Shown here one piece after another: positions 1 to 8,697 of a stretch of 64,000 nt of DNA; position 1 is the stretch's first letter, and each line of letters opens with the position of its first letter. A model generated the notes under the pieces. The model ran no database searches, was not told where the DNA came from, and saw only the letters and a list, made by a program, of their open reading frames with translations. Source of the stretch: an uncultured Verrucomicrobiota bacterium (lineage in GTDB: Bacteria; Verrucomicrobiota; Kiritimatiellia; CAIQIC01; Lenti-01); contig CAYTEK010000002.1 in NCBI GenBank assembly GCA_964436715.1, positions 4,282-68,281 of the forward strand. The letters are read 5' to 3'. The position numbers were made by a program, and so were the translations under genes.

Positions 1-949
1 TTCGGGCTATCTGGCGCGCGCCGCGTTCATCATGGATCGCCTCATGCACAAGATCGGGCTGCACGGCAAGAGCTTCATTCCGATGCTGACGGGCTTCGGC
101 TGCTCCATCCCCGCCATCATGGCCACCCGCACGCTCGAAAGCCGGCGCGACCGGCTGACGACCATGCTGGTCGTGCCGCTGGTGAGCTGCGGCGCGCGCC
201 TGCCGATCTACGCGCTGATCATCCCGGCGTTCTTCCCGGAAGCCTGGCGCGCGCCGATGCTGTGGCTCATCTATGTCTTTGGCATCGCGCTGGCGATCCT
301 CTGCGCGAAGCTGCTGCGGGCCACGCTGTTCAAGGGCGAGTCCGTGCCCTTCGTGATGGAACTGCCGCCGTACCGACTGCCGACGCTCAAAGGCATCTGG
401 ATCCACATGTGGGACCGCGGCGGCGCCTACCTCAAGAAGGCCGGCACCGTCATCCTCGCCATCTCCGTCGTTCTCTGGGCGCTCACCAGCTTCCCCAAGC
501 TCGGTTCCGTGGATGAATCCCTCCCCGCCGGGGAACAGCAGGCGGCCGAGCTCGCCCACACCGTCGCCGGCCGCATCGGCCACGCCCTGGAACCGGTCAT
601 CCGCCCCCTCGGCTTCGACTGGCGCATCGGCACCGCCATGATCGGGGCGTTTGCCGCCAAGGAAGTGTTCGTGGCGCAACTGGGCATCGTCTATTCCGTC
701 GGGGAAGCCGACGAGGAGTCGGAGCCCCTGCGCGAAAAGCTCCGGCAGAACTACAGCCCCCTCGTGGGCCTCTGCATCATGCTGTTCATGCTGATCTCCG
801 CCCCCTGCATGGCGACCATCGCCGTCACGAAGCGCGAAAGCAATTCCTGGGGCTGGGCCCTCTTCCAGCTGGCCGGGCTCACCGTCCTCGCCTGGCTCGT
901 CACCTTCGCCGTCTACCAACTAGGCACTTGGCTGGGGATCGGCGTCTGA
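1..949 (+). CDS. feoB: Ferrous iron transporter FeoB, C-terminal membrane part (5'-truncated by window edge)
   Basis: Translation 'FIPMLTGFGCSIPAIMATRTLESRRDRLTTMLVVPLVSCGARLP...' matches the FeoB gate/permease region. The frame is open to the window start. Confidence 0.8.
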   Translation, partial: SGYLARAAFIMDRLMHKIGLHGKSFIPMLTGFGCSIPAIMATRTLESRRDRLTTMLVVPLVSCGARLPIYALIIPAFFPEAWRAPMLWLIYVFGIALAILCAKLLRATLFKGESVPFVMELPPYRLPTLKGIWIHMWDRGGAYLKKAGTVILAISVVLWALTSFPKLGSVDESLPAGEQQAAELAHTVAGRIGHALEPVIRPLGFDWRIGTAMIGAFAAKEVFVAQLGIVYSVGEADEESEPLREKLRQNYSPLVGLCIMLFMLISAPCMATIAVTKRESNSWGWALFQLAGLTVLAWLVTFAVYQLGTWLGIGV

Positions 950-995
950 TCCCCGCTGCGAATCTAAACCACCACCAACGCAACCAACGAAAGCA

Positions 996-2009
996 ATGAC
1001 CATGAACAAATCCAATGCGATCCTGCTGGCTTCTCTCCTGATCGGCGCGGGCGCCGCCCGCGCGGACGAATGGGAAGGCCTCCAACTGGCCCCCGGCGTC
1101 GGTCTCGGCGTCCTCGTCGAAGTCGAAGCGGCCTACGAGCAAATCGGCGACGAAGAAAGCACCGACGCCAGCGTGGCGACCTTCGAGGTCGGCCTTGAGG
1201 CCGAACCCATGGAAGGCGTCCGCGGCGAGGCCGCCCTCCTCTGGGAAGAGGGCGACTCCGATTCGCTGGACGTGGATGCCGCGTTCATCGAACTGGGCGG
1301 AACCGAAGCGCTTCCGCTGACCGTGTCCGCGGGCCGCCTGTACCTGCCCTTCGGCGCGTTCAACGGCCTGCTGGTCAGCGATCCGCTCACCTTGGAACTG
1401 GGCGAAACGCGCGAGACGGCCGTCGCCCTCTCCGGCGAGTGGGGCGGCTTCACCGCCTGGGCCGGCGCCTTCGCCGGCGAACGCGAGGACGCCCAAGACC
1501 TCGAAAACGCCGCCGCCGCCTTGGGCTGGACCCCGGTGGAAGGCCTGAGTCTCGGCGTCTCCGCCTTGTCCGACCTGGGCGAAGGCGCGGGCTACGTGGA
1601 CGACCTCAACGAGATTCTCGCCGGCGAAGGCACGGCCGACAAGGCGGCCGGATTCAGCGCGTTTTTCCTCCTCGAACGCGGCGCCTGGTCGCTGGCCGCC
1701 GAATACCTCGGCGCGGCCGAAGACTTGGAATGGTCCGATGCGGAAGGCGAAACCACTTCCGTCCGGCCCCAGGCCTGGCATGTGGATGCGGCCTATGCGT
1801 TCAACGATGCCTGGAGCGCGGCCGTCCGCTACGAAGGCTCCAAGGAATTCAAGGCCGACGAGATGCCCGAGCACCAAGGCGGCGCCGCGGTGTTCTACCA
1901 GCTGAACGCCTTCGCCGTCCTTGGCGCGGAATACCTCTACGGCACCTTCGACGACGAAGAAACCGACGATCGCCACCTCGCCACCCTCCAGCTCGCGCTG
2001 GAATTCTAG
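996..2009 (+). CDS. Secreted acidic outer-membrane beta-barrel-like protein (porin-like), hypothetical
   Basis: Signal peptide 'MTMNKSNAILLASLLIGAGAARA'. Alternating amphipathic strands and a C-terminal '...LALEF' aromatic end typical of OM barrels. Confidence 0.5.
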   Translation: MTMNKSNAILLASLLIGAGAARADEWEGLQLAPGVGLGVLVEVEAAYEQIGDEESTDASVATFEVGLEAEPMEGVRGEAALLWEEGDSDSLDVDAAFIELGGTEALPLTVSAGRLYLPFGAFNGLLVSDPLTLELGETRETAVALSGEWGGFTAWAGAFAGEREDAQDLENAAAALGWTPVEGLSLGVSALSDLGEGAGYVDDLNEILAGEGTADKAAGFSAFFLLERGAWSLAAEYLGAAEDLEWSDAEGETTSVRPQAWHVDAAYAFNDAWSAAVRYEGSKEFKADEMPEHQGGAAVFYQLNAFAVLGAEYLYGTFDDEETDDRHLATLQLALEF

Positions 2010-2019
2010 GAACCCTTCC

Positions 2020-2057
2020 GGGGCGGACCCCGCCGGTCCGCCCCGCCCCCTTTTTTT
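2020..2057 (+). terminator. Rho-independent terminator (perfect 10-bp GC stem GGGGCGGACC/GGTCCGCCCC, loop CCGCC, T7 tract)
   Basis: Read directly: ggggcggacc ccgcc ggtccgcccc gccccc ttttttt, immediately after the stop at 2009. Confidence 0.65.
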
Positions 2058-2210
2058 GCCCTTTTCCGCTCCGGCCCGCCGTCCGGGCCGCCAACACCCC
2101 CCAACCGAGGAAGCGACAAGCACATCGTGATCGCATAAGGATCGCGCCCCGGCAACACCCGGGCCGCGGCCGAAGCCATCCACCGGGCGCTCGGCGGCAA
2201 ACTCATCGAC

Positions 2211-2603
2211 GTGGCTGCGGCGGAGGCCGCCGAAAAACTGCTCGCGGCGGATCTGCTCGTGCTGGGCACCTCCACCTGGGGCGTCGGCGAACTGCAAGAC
2301 GACTGGGCGGCTTTCTTGCCGACGCTGGAGAACCTGGATCTGACCGGCAAGAAAGTCGCCCTCTTCGGCCTGGGCGACCAGGCGAGCTGGGGCGACACCT
2401 TCGTCGACGGCATGGGCATCCTCTACGAAACCGTCGTCGCGCGCGGCGGCACCGTGGTGGGCGCGGTCGCGGCGGAAGGCTACGACTGCGGCGCCTCCCG
2501 GGCGCTCGTCGACGGCCGGTTCGTCGGCCTGCCGCTGGACGAGACCAACCAGCCCGAAAAGACCGCCGAACGGATCGCCGCCTGGACGAAAACGCTGGGC
2601 TGA
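2211..2603 (+). CDS. fldA: Flavodoxin (long-chain FldA-like). Start is the GTG chosen by the ORF track; the upstream FMN-loop codons are cut off by an in-frame TAA.
   Basis: 'LLVLGTSTWGVGELQDDWAAFLPTLENLDLTGKKVALFGLGDQASWGDTFVDGMGILYETVVARGGTVVG...' is a flavodoxin C-terminal fold. Upstream in the same frame, 2118-2210 encodes 'KHIVIA*GSRPGNTRAAAEAIHRALGGKLIDV', which is the phosphate-binding loop with a stop. Confidence 0.7.
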   Translation: MAAAEAAEKLLAADLLVLGTSTWGVGELQDDWAAFLPTLENLDLTGKKVALFGLGDQASWGDTFVDGMGILYETVVARGGTVVGAVAAEGYDCGASRALVDGRFVGLPLDETNQPEKTAERIAAWTKTLG

Positions 2604-2607
2604 GGCC

Positions 2608-2967
2608 ATGAAGGTGTTCCTGCATCACATCTACGAATTCCGCAAAGGCCTGCGGAACCTAGTGCTCTACACCGGGACGGCGGCCGAGCGGACGGCCATC
2701 GAAGCCCGCCTGCGCCGGGAGCGGATCGCCAGCGTGGTGCAGCCGTGCGGCGAAAACCGGATCAACGTCTTCTTCGGCAATCCCGCCTGCGTGGAGATCG
2801 TGCGGCGGTTCGCCGGACGCCCGCTGAACCGGTGGAGTCCCGAAGAGGATTTCATGCTGGGCGTGATGCTCGGCTACGACCGCATCCAGCAATGCCTCCG
2901 TTATGCCCGGCGCGCGCAGTTCCGGACGCCGGCAACGGAACCCGTCCCCGCGGAGGTGGGCGCATGA
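2608..2967 (+). CDS. DUF2023-like small conserved hypothetical protein
   Basis: 'MKVFLHHIYEFRKGLRNLVLYTG...' recalls the DUF2023 family that follows flavodoxin genes in Bacteroidetes. Good codon usage. Confidence 0.5.
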   Translation: MKVFLHHIYEFRKGLRNLVLYTGTAAERTAIEARLRRERIASVVQPCGENRINVFFGNPACVEIVRRFAGRPLNRWSPEEDFMLGVMLGYDRIQQCLRYARRAQFRTPATEPVPAEVGA

Positions 2968-3308
2968 GCGCGACGTGCATCGCGGAATCGCCGCACGGGC
3001 AGGTGCTCTACTGTCCGGGGTGCCGCGTCTTCCATCTGGAGTTCGGCAATCTGCATCTCGCGCTGTGGATCGAGCATCTGTACGAGCTGTGGGAAACATT
3101 GGGGACGCTGGACGCCGCCGAAGCCGAACGGGCCAATGCCCAGGCCCGTTTCCGGCGAAAGGTCCGGATTCCCCTCAAGCACTCCCCGGCCGACCTGCTG
3201 TTCACGGCGGATGAAATGGCCGAACTGCGCGACCTGCTGGGCCGCGCGGTGGACCGGGCGGTCTTGCCGGAAAACGCATGGGTGCATACGGAGGAACCAG
3301 ACGAATGA
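2964..3308 (+). CDS. Hypothetical protein (114 aa)
   Basis: ATG at 2964 is preceded by GGAGGTGGG and overlaps the upstream stop (ATGA). It contains 'CPGCRVFHLEFGN'. Coding-like composition. Confidence 0.45.
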   Translation: MSATCIAESPHGQVLYCPGCRVFHLEFGNLHLALWIEHLYELWETLGTLDAAEAERANAQARFRRKVRIPLKHSPADLLFTADEMAELRDLLGRAVDRAVLPENAWVHTEEPDE

Positions 3309-4129
3309 AAGAACGGGTGCAGTTGGGCGCGGTGCAGGAAACCCTGCTGATCCCCCTGTGGGCGCGGGCGGTGGATTTCCTGAAGCCGCATTCCATCTTG
3401 AAGGACGCGCAGGCGGCTGAACTGGTCAAGCGGATCGACTACGATTTCTCCAAGTTCGCCGGGGCGTGGAAAAGCCAAGTGGGCTGCTGCCTGCGGGGCG
3501 CGATTTTCGACGAGTGGACGCGGGCGGAATTGGCCCAAGATCCCGAAACGCTCGTGGTGGAGATCGGCGCCGGGCTCGACACGCGCTACGAACGCCTCGG
3601 CGGCGCCGCGCGCCGCTGGATCGACCTGGACTTGCCCGACACCATGGCCCTGCGGCGGCGGTTTTTCGCCGAAAACAGCCAAAGGCGATTTGTCGAAGGT
3701 TCCGTGCTGGCGGCGGACTGGGTCAATCCCGTGCGGGAAATGGCAAAAGGACATCCCGTCGCATTCGTGGCGGAAGGGGTGTTGATGTACTTCTCGGAAG
3801 AGGACGTGAAGCGGCTGTTTGGATTGTTGGCCAGGCATTTCCCGGGATCGAGCCTGTTGTTCGACAATCTCGGGCCGGCAATGGTGAAGCACCAGAGCAA
3901 GCACGACAGCGTGACGAAAACCGCGGCGAAATTCGCTTGGGGAATGGCCGACGTCCGAGAAGTGGAGGCGTGGGGCCTTCCCTGCACGCTGGAACAGACG
4001 GCATCGTTTTTCGATGCGCCGCAGGAAGCGCTGCGGAACCTGTTGTGGATGGAACGGGCGATGCTGCTCCTCTCGAAATGGATGAAATATCGGCTGAACC
4101 GGGTGCGCTTCGGCGGATCTCATCCATGA
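3305..4129 (+). CDS. Class I SAM-dependent O-methyltransferase (Ppm1/LCM/TcmP-like family)
   Basis: 'LIPLWARA...VVEIGAGLDTRYERL...AFVAEGVLMYFSEEDVKRLF' matches the leucine carboxyl methyltransferase/TcmP family. ATGA overlap with the upstream gene. Confidence 0.65.
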   Translation: MKERVQLGAVQETLLIPLWARAVDFLKPHSILKDAQAAELVKRIDYDFSKFAGAWKSQVGCCLRGAIFDEWTRAELAQDPETLVVEIGAGLDTRYERLGGAARRWIDLDLPDTMALRRRFFAENSQRRFVEGSVLAADWVNPVREMAKGHPVAFVAEGVLMYFSEEDVKRLFGLLARHFPGSSLLFDNLGPAMVKHQSKHDSVTKTAAKFAWGMADVREVEAWGLPCTLEQTASFFDAPQEALRNLLWMERAMLLLSKWMKYRLNRVRFGGSHP

Positions 4130-4205
4130 GCGCTTGAGCCCTCGATCCCGGTTTTCGAGATGCGGGTTGCAGCCTCTGGCGTGGTCGTGGTATATTTATG
4201 AGCAT

Positions 4206-4544
4206 ATGTCCAAATGGTTGAACAGCTTGGCGGCGGCGCTCTTCGTCTGGGCGCTGGTGTTTGCCCCGGCCATCCACCGGATCGCCGGGCACGCCGGCCA
4301 CGCCTGCACCCATTGCGCCCACGGGCATTCCGAAGACCATTGCCCCGGAGAACCATCGCCGGCGAAACACGACGCGGCGCATTGCCCGATCTGCCAGTTG
4401 GCCGCCACGCCCGCGCTGGCGACCGCTCCGGCCGTCGTCCTGGTTCCGGAGCCCGCGCCCTTGCCGCTGCCCGTCTTTGCGTTCCTTGCGCCCGCGGTTC
4501 CCGCGGCGTGCCGGCTGCCGTTCTCCTGCGGCCCGCCGGCTTGA
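4206..4544 (+). CDS. Small membrane-anchored Cys/His-rich protein, putative metal-binding
   Basis: N-terminal TM 'LAAALFVWALVFAP' followed by 'HRIAGHAGHACTHCAHGHSEDHCPGE...HCPICQ'. Sits at the head of the metal-uptake cluster. Confidence 0.45.
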   Translation: MSKWLNSLAAALFVWALVFAPAIHRIAGHAGHACTHCAHGHSEDHCPGEPSPAKHDAAHCPICQLAATPALATAPAVVLVPEPAPLPLPVFAFLAPAVPAACRLPFSCGPPA

Positions 4545-4632
4545 TCCATCCGGTTCCCGGTTCCCGTCCGCGCCGTCCCGACGACGGCCGGCCGTTCGTT
4601 CATTCCATCCATTCTTACCCCCAGGAGATCCC

Positions 4633-5919
4633 ATGTTTTCCAAGCGTTATTGGCTCGGGCTGCCGCTGGCGGCCGCCCTGTTCGTCGCGCCCGCGCGGGC
4701 GCAAACGGCGGATTCCGCCGCTGCCCCCCCCGATCCGTTCCTCAACCTCAAAGCCTTCAATCCGGACGTCTCGGCCATCGTGGACATGTTCTACTACGAC
4801 GAGAACTCGGACGAGGGCATGGGCCACGTCGCCGGCGAAATCGCCGGTTTCGGCCACGCCCACGCCGAGGGCGAGGGCGAAGAACACCACCACCATGCCG
4901 CGGACAAGGGGTTCAACCTCCGCCACCTCGAACTCCAGTTCTCGGGCACGGTGGATCCGTACTTCAAAGCCACAGCCATCGCCGCCATCGACCTCGACGA
5001 CGCGGAAATGGAAGTGGCCGAGATCGAAACCACGGGCCTGCCCTTCGGCCTGAAGGTCAAAGGCGGCAAGTTCTTCAGCGACTTCGGCTACCTGAACGCC
5101 CAGCATTCCCACGAGTGGGATTTCGTCGACCAGCCGCTGATCTACCAGCTCGCCCTGGGCGCCCACGGCCTCAACGACAAGGGCGTGCAGGTGTCGTGGT
5201 TGGCTCCCGTGCCGTTCTACCTGCTCGCCGGCGTCGAAGCCTTCCAGGGCGACAACGAGCAGGCCTTCGCCTACCACGGCGACGGCGAACTGCCCGAAGA
5301 CGACGGTCCGCGCGTCGGCGTGGGCTGGCTGAAGGTCGGCCCCAACCTGCCCGGCAACCACGGCCTGCAGTTCGGCGCGTTCGCGGCCACCGGCACGCAC
5401 CAGGAGGAACACGACGGCGACGGCGACGGCGAACCGGACCACTGGCTCGACGGCGACACCTCGTTCTGGGGCGCGGACGCGGTCTACAAGTACAATTCGC
5501 CGCAGTCCTACGGCCAAGGCGACTTCGCCCTGCAGGCCGAGTACTTCAGCCGCAAGAAGGACCTCGATCTGGTCGCCCACGACCTGGCCCCGCACCTCGT
5601 CGGCAACTCGCGGATCGACGAGCAGGACGGCTACTACGTGCAGGCGACCTACGGCTTCCTGCCGCGCTGGCGCGCCGGGCTGCGCTGGGAACAGGTCGGC
5701 CTGACCAACGAATCCGAGCTGCCCGACGGCACGACCGAAGACTACGGCACCAGCGACCGCGCCAGCGCCATGCTCGACTTCACCCCGTCGCACTTCTCGC
5801 GCATCCGCCTGCAGGCCAACCAAGGCTCCTACGAGACCGCGAAAGGCACGGAAGACGTGACCGAGGTCTTCGTGCAGTGGATGGTGTCGCTGGGCGCGCA
5901 CGGCGCGCACAACTTCTAA
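4633..5919 (+). CDS. His-rich outer-membrane beta-barrel (porin-like), probably metal-uptake associated
   Basis: AGGAG RBS and signal peptide 'MFSKRYWLGLPLAAALFVAPARAQ'. His clusters 'GHVAGEIAGFGHAHAEGEGEEHHHH'. C-terminal '...GAHGAHNF' aromatic terminus. Directly precedes the znuA genes. Confidence 0.6.
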   Translation: MFSKRYWLGLPLAAALFVAPARAQTADSAAAPPDPFLNLKAFNPDVSAIVDMFYYDENSDEGMGHVAGEIAGFGHAHAEGEGEEHHHHAADKGFNLRHLELQFSGTVDPYFKATAIAAIDLDDAEMEVAEIETTGLPFGLKVKGGKFFSDFGYLNAQHSHEWDFVDQPLIYQLALGAHGLNDKGVQVSWLAPVPFYLLAGVEAFQGDNEQAFAYHGDGELPEDDGPRVGVGWLKVGPNLPGNHGLQFGAFAATGTHQEEHDGDGDGEPDHWLDGDTSFWGADAVYKYNSPQSYGQGDFALQAEYFSRKKDLDLVAHDLAPHLVGNSRIDEQDGYYVQATYGFLPRWRAGLRWEQVGLTNESELPDGTTEDYGTSDRASAMLDFTPSHFSRIRLQANQGSYETAKGTEDVTEVFVQWMVSLGAHGAHNF

Positions 5920-5933
5920 AGGGGGAAGGAAAC

Positions 5934-6929
5934 GTGAAAACTCCCGTGAGCAAGCGTCTCATGGGGGTGTTGACTCTGGCGCTGGCCTTCGCGGCCGGCG
6001 CCGGGGCGACGCCCCTCAACATCGTCGCCACCACCGCCGACATCGCCGACCTGGCGAAGGCCGTGGCGGGCGAGCATGCCGTGGTGTCGAGCATCTGCAC
6101 CGGCACCGAGGATCCGCACTACCTGACCGCCAAGCCCGGGTTCATCGCCCGGGCGCGTGCGGCGGACCTCTGGATCGCGGTCGGCCTCGAACTCGAGTCC
6201 GCCTGGGAACTCCCCGTCCTCAACGGCTCGCGCAACCGCAAGGTCCAGCCGGGCACCGATGGCTATCTGGATCTGTCCAAGAGCGTCGAACTGCTAGACG
6301 TGCCGCAGGGCCCGCTCTCCCGGGCCATGGGCGACGTGCACCCCGGCGGCAATCCGCACTACTGGCTCGATCCGCTCAACGGCCGGCGCATGGCGGAGGC
6401 CATCGCCGAACGGTTGGCGCGCCTGCGTCCCGATCTGGCCGGCGAATTCTACGCCAACCTGGCGCAGTTCCGGAACGCGCTCGATGAGCGCATGTTCGGC
6501 GCGAAAGCGCTGCAGGGCGCCAAGGCAGAAACGCTGTGGAAGCGCCACGCCCGGGGCGAAGCGATCGCCGAACTGGGTGGCTGGGCAGCGCAACTCGCGC
6601 CGCGGCGCGGCCAGGGGCTCGTCACCTACCACAAGAGCTGGATCTATTTCGCCCATCGCTTCGGCCTGCGCGTGGTCGGCGAACTGGAACCCCAGCCGGG
6701 CATTCCGCCGACGGCCGCGCATCTGGCGAAGCTCGTCGCGACGATGAAGGCCGAGCCGGTGGATTTGATCCTGCAAGAGCCCTTCTACAGCACGAAGGCG
6801 GCCGAACGGGTGGCCGCCGCCACCGGCGCCCGCGTCGTCGTGGCCGCCAACTCCGTCGGCGGCCGGCCCGAAGCGACGGATTATCTTGCGTTGCTGGACC
6901 GGATTGTGGCCGAATTGTCGAAGGAGTAA
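5934..6929 (+). CDS. Metal ABC transporter substrate-binding protein (ZnuA/TroA cluster-9 family), paralog 1 without His-rich loop
   Basis: GTG start after the GGGGGAAGGA RBS. Lipoprotein-like signal peptide. 'EDPHY...GNPHYWLDP...YHKSWIYFAHRFGL' are TroA-fold motifs. Confidence 0.75.
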   Translation: MKTPVSKRLMGVLTLALAFAAGAGATPLNIVATTADIADLAKAVAGEHAVVSSICTGTEDPHYLTAKPGFIARARAADLWIAVGLELESAWELPVLNGSRNRKVQPGTDGYLDLSKSVELLDVPQGPLSRAMGDVHPGGNPHYWLDPLNGRRMAEAIAERLARLRPDLAGEFYANLAQFRNALDERMFGAKALQGAKAETLWKRHARGEAIAELGGWAAQLAPRRGQGLVTYHKSWIYFAHRFGLRVVGELEPQPGIPPTAAHLAKLVATMKAEPVDLILQEPFYSTKAAERVAAATGARVVVAANSVGGRPEATDYLALLDRIVAELSKE

Positions 6930-6938
6930 GGCGGAACC

Positions 6939-7901
6939 ATGAAAAACCGTTTGTGGATTTTGTTCGGAGCGCTCGCGCTCGGGGCGACGCTGGCCCGCGC
7001 GGAATTGAACGTGCTGTGCACGACCTTCCCCATCTACCAGATTGCGCGCAACGTCGCGCAGGGCCGCGCGGGCGTGGACCTGCAGCTGATGCTGCCCGCG
7101 GGCATGGGCTGTCCCCACGACTACGCGCTCACGCCGCAGGACATGCGGAAAATCGCCGCGGCGGACGTCCTCGTCGTCAATGGTTTGGGCCTGGAGGAAT
7201 TCCTCGGCGCGCCCGTGGAAACGGCCAACCCCGACGTCGAAACCGTCGATGGTTCGGCCGGCATTCCGGACCTGCTGGAATACGCCCACGAGCATTCCGA
7301 GGCGGAAGAAGAACACGGCCACGAAGCCGAGGCGGACCCCGGCCATGAAGAACACGACCATGGCCATCACCACCACGAGGGCGTGAACCCGCATCTGTTC
7401 GCGAGCCCGCGCCAAGCCGCGCAGATCGCGCTGAACGTCGCGGCCGGCTTGTCCAAGGCCGATCCGGAAGGCGCCGGCGTCTACTTCCGCAACGCCCAGG
7501 CCTATGCCGACCGGCTGAACGCCTTGGCGGACGAGATGGACGCTCTCGGCCGCACGCTGAAGAACAACCGCATCGTCGAGCCTCACGGCGTGTTCGACTA
7601 TCTGGCCCGGGACATGGGCCTGGAAGTTGTCGCCGTCCTGCGCCCGCACGGCCAGGAGCCGTCGGCGGCGGAAATGCTGGAACTGGTGCGCACCCTCCGC
7701 GCCAAGCAGGCGGGCGCCATCTTCACCGAACCGCAGTATCCCGCCAAGGTCGGCGCAGCCCTGGCCCGGGAGACGGGCTTGCCGACGGCCACGCTCGATC
7801 CCGTCGCCACCGGCCCCGACGCGGCGCCGCTGGACTACTACGAAACCGCGATGCGCCAGAACATGGAGGTCCTACGTGCCACCCTCGGCGTCCAACCCTG
7901 A
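6939..7901 (+). CDS. znuA: Zinc ABC transporter substrate-binding protein ZnuA with His/acidic-rich loop
   Basis: Signal peptide. 'CPHDYALTPQD', then the flexible loop 'HEHSEAEEEHGHEAEADPGHEEHDHGHHHHEGVNPH' characteristic of ZnuA. Confidence 0.85.
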   Translation: MKNRLWILFGALALGATLARAELNVLCTTFPIYQIARNVAQGRAGVDLQLMLPAGMGCPHDYALTPQDMRKIAAADVLVVNGLGLEEFLGAPVETANPDVETVDGSAGIPDLLEYAHEHSEAEEEHGHEAEADPGHEEHDHGHHHHEGVNPHLFASPRQAAQIALNVAAGLSKADPEGAGVYFRNAQAYADRLNALADEMDALGRTLKNNRIVEPHGVFDYLARDMGLEVVAVLRPHGQEPSAAEMLELVRTLRAKQAGAIFTEPQYPAKVGAALARETGLPTATLDPVATGPDAAPLDYYETAMRQNMEVLRATLGVQP

Positions 7902-8697
7902 CGCGCCCCGGAATGCGTTCCCGGACGTCGCCGCGGCGTTCGACAACGTCGCGGTGGCGTTCGAGGGCGTGGCGATCCTCGACGCCGTGACCGCTTCGGT
8001 CCCGCGCGGCGGCTGCACCGCCGTCGTTGGCCCGAACGGCGCCGGCAAGACCACGTTGCTGATGGCCCTGCTCGGACAAGTGCCCTTTCAGGGGAACGTC
8101 CGCATCGACCCCTTGCCGGATGGACGGCCGCCGCGCATCGGCTACGTGCCCCAGCGCCTCCAGTTCGATCGCGGCCTGCCCCTGACGGCGGGCGATTTTC
8201 TCGTCATGGGCGCGCAACGCAGCCCCCTCTGGTGGGGCACCCGCGCCTGCCACCGCGACGCGGCGCGGGAACTGCTGCGGGCCGTGAAGGCGGAGCCGCT
8301 CGAACATCGCCGCCTGGGCGCGCTTTCCGGCGGCGAACTCCAGCGCGTGCTGCTGGCGTTGGCGCTCCAGCGCGAACCGGATCTGCTCGTGCTCGACGAA
8401 CCCGCCGCCGGCGTCGACGTGCAGGGCGGCTACCTGTTCTGCGAACTGCTCGAACGCCTGCGCCGGGAACGCGGCTTCACCGAGCTGATGGTCAGCCACG
8501 ATCTGGGCACCGTGGCCCACCACGCCACGCACGTCGTCTTGCTCAACCGCCGCGTCGCGGCGGAAGGCGCTCCCGGCGACGTGCTGACGGGCCCCAACCT
8601 GATGGCCGTGTTCGGCGCCCACATGGGCCTGCTCGACGCGCACGGCCTGGCCCATTCCCGGCTGCCGTGCTGCCAGCCCAAGGGAGGAACAACCTGA
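7876..8697 (+). CDS. znuC: Zinc/metal ABC transporter ATP-binding protein (ZnuC-like)
   Basis: Walker A 'GPNGAGKTTLL', signature 'LSGGELQRVLLA', Walker B 'LLVLDEPAAGVD'. Start is uncertain: GTG 7876 overlaps znuA; GTG 7954 is the alternative. Confidence 0.8.
   Translation: MPPSASNPDAPRNAFPDVAAAFDNVAVAFEGVAILDAVTASVPRGGCTAVVGPNGAGKTTLLMALLGQVPFQGNVRIDPLPDGRPPRIGYVPQRLQFDRGLPLTAGDFLVMGAQRSPLWWGTRACHRDAARELLRAVKAEPLEHRRLGALSGGELQRVLLALALQREPDLLVLDEPAAGVDVQGGYLFCELLERLRRERGFTELMVSHDLGTVAHHATHVVLLNRRVAAEGAPGDVLTGPNLMAVFGAHMGLLDAHGLAHSRLPCCQPKGGTT

Noticed and set aside
900-2611. 569-aa minus ORF and 390-aa plus ORF (1439..2611) overlapping the OM barrel and flavodoxin genes
   Set aside because: Low-complexity R/G/A-rich translations. 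They overlap genes with clear homology on the other frame or strand.
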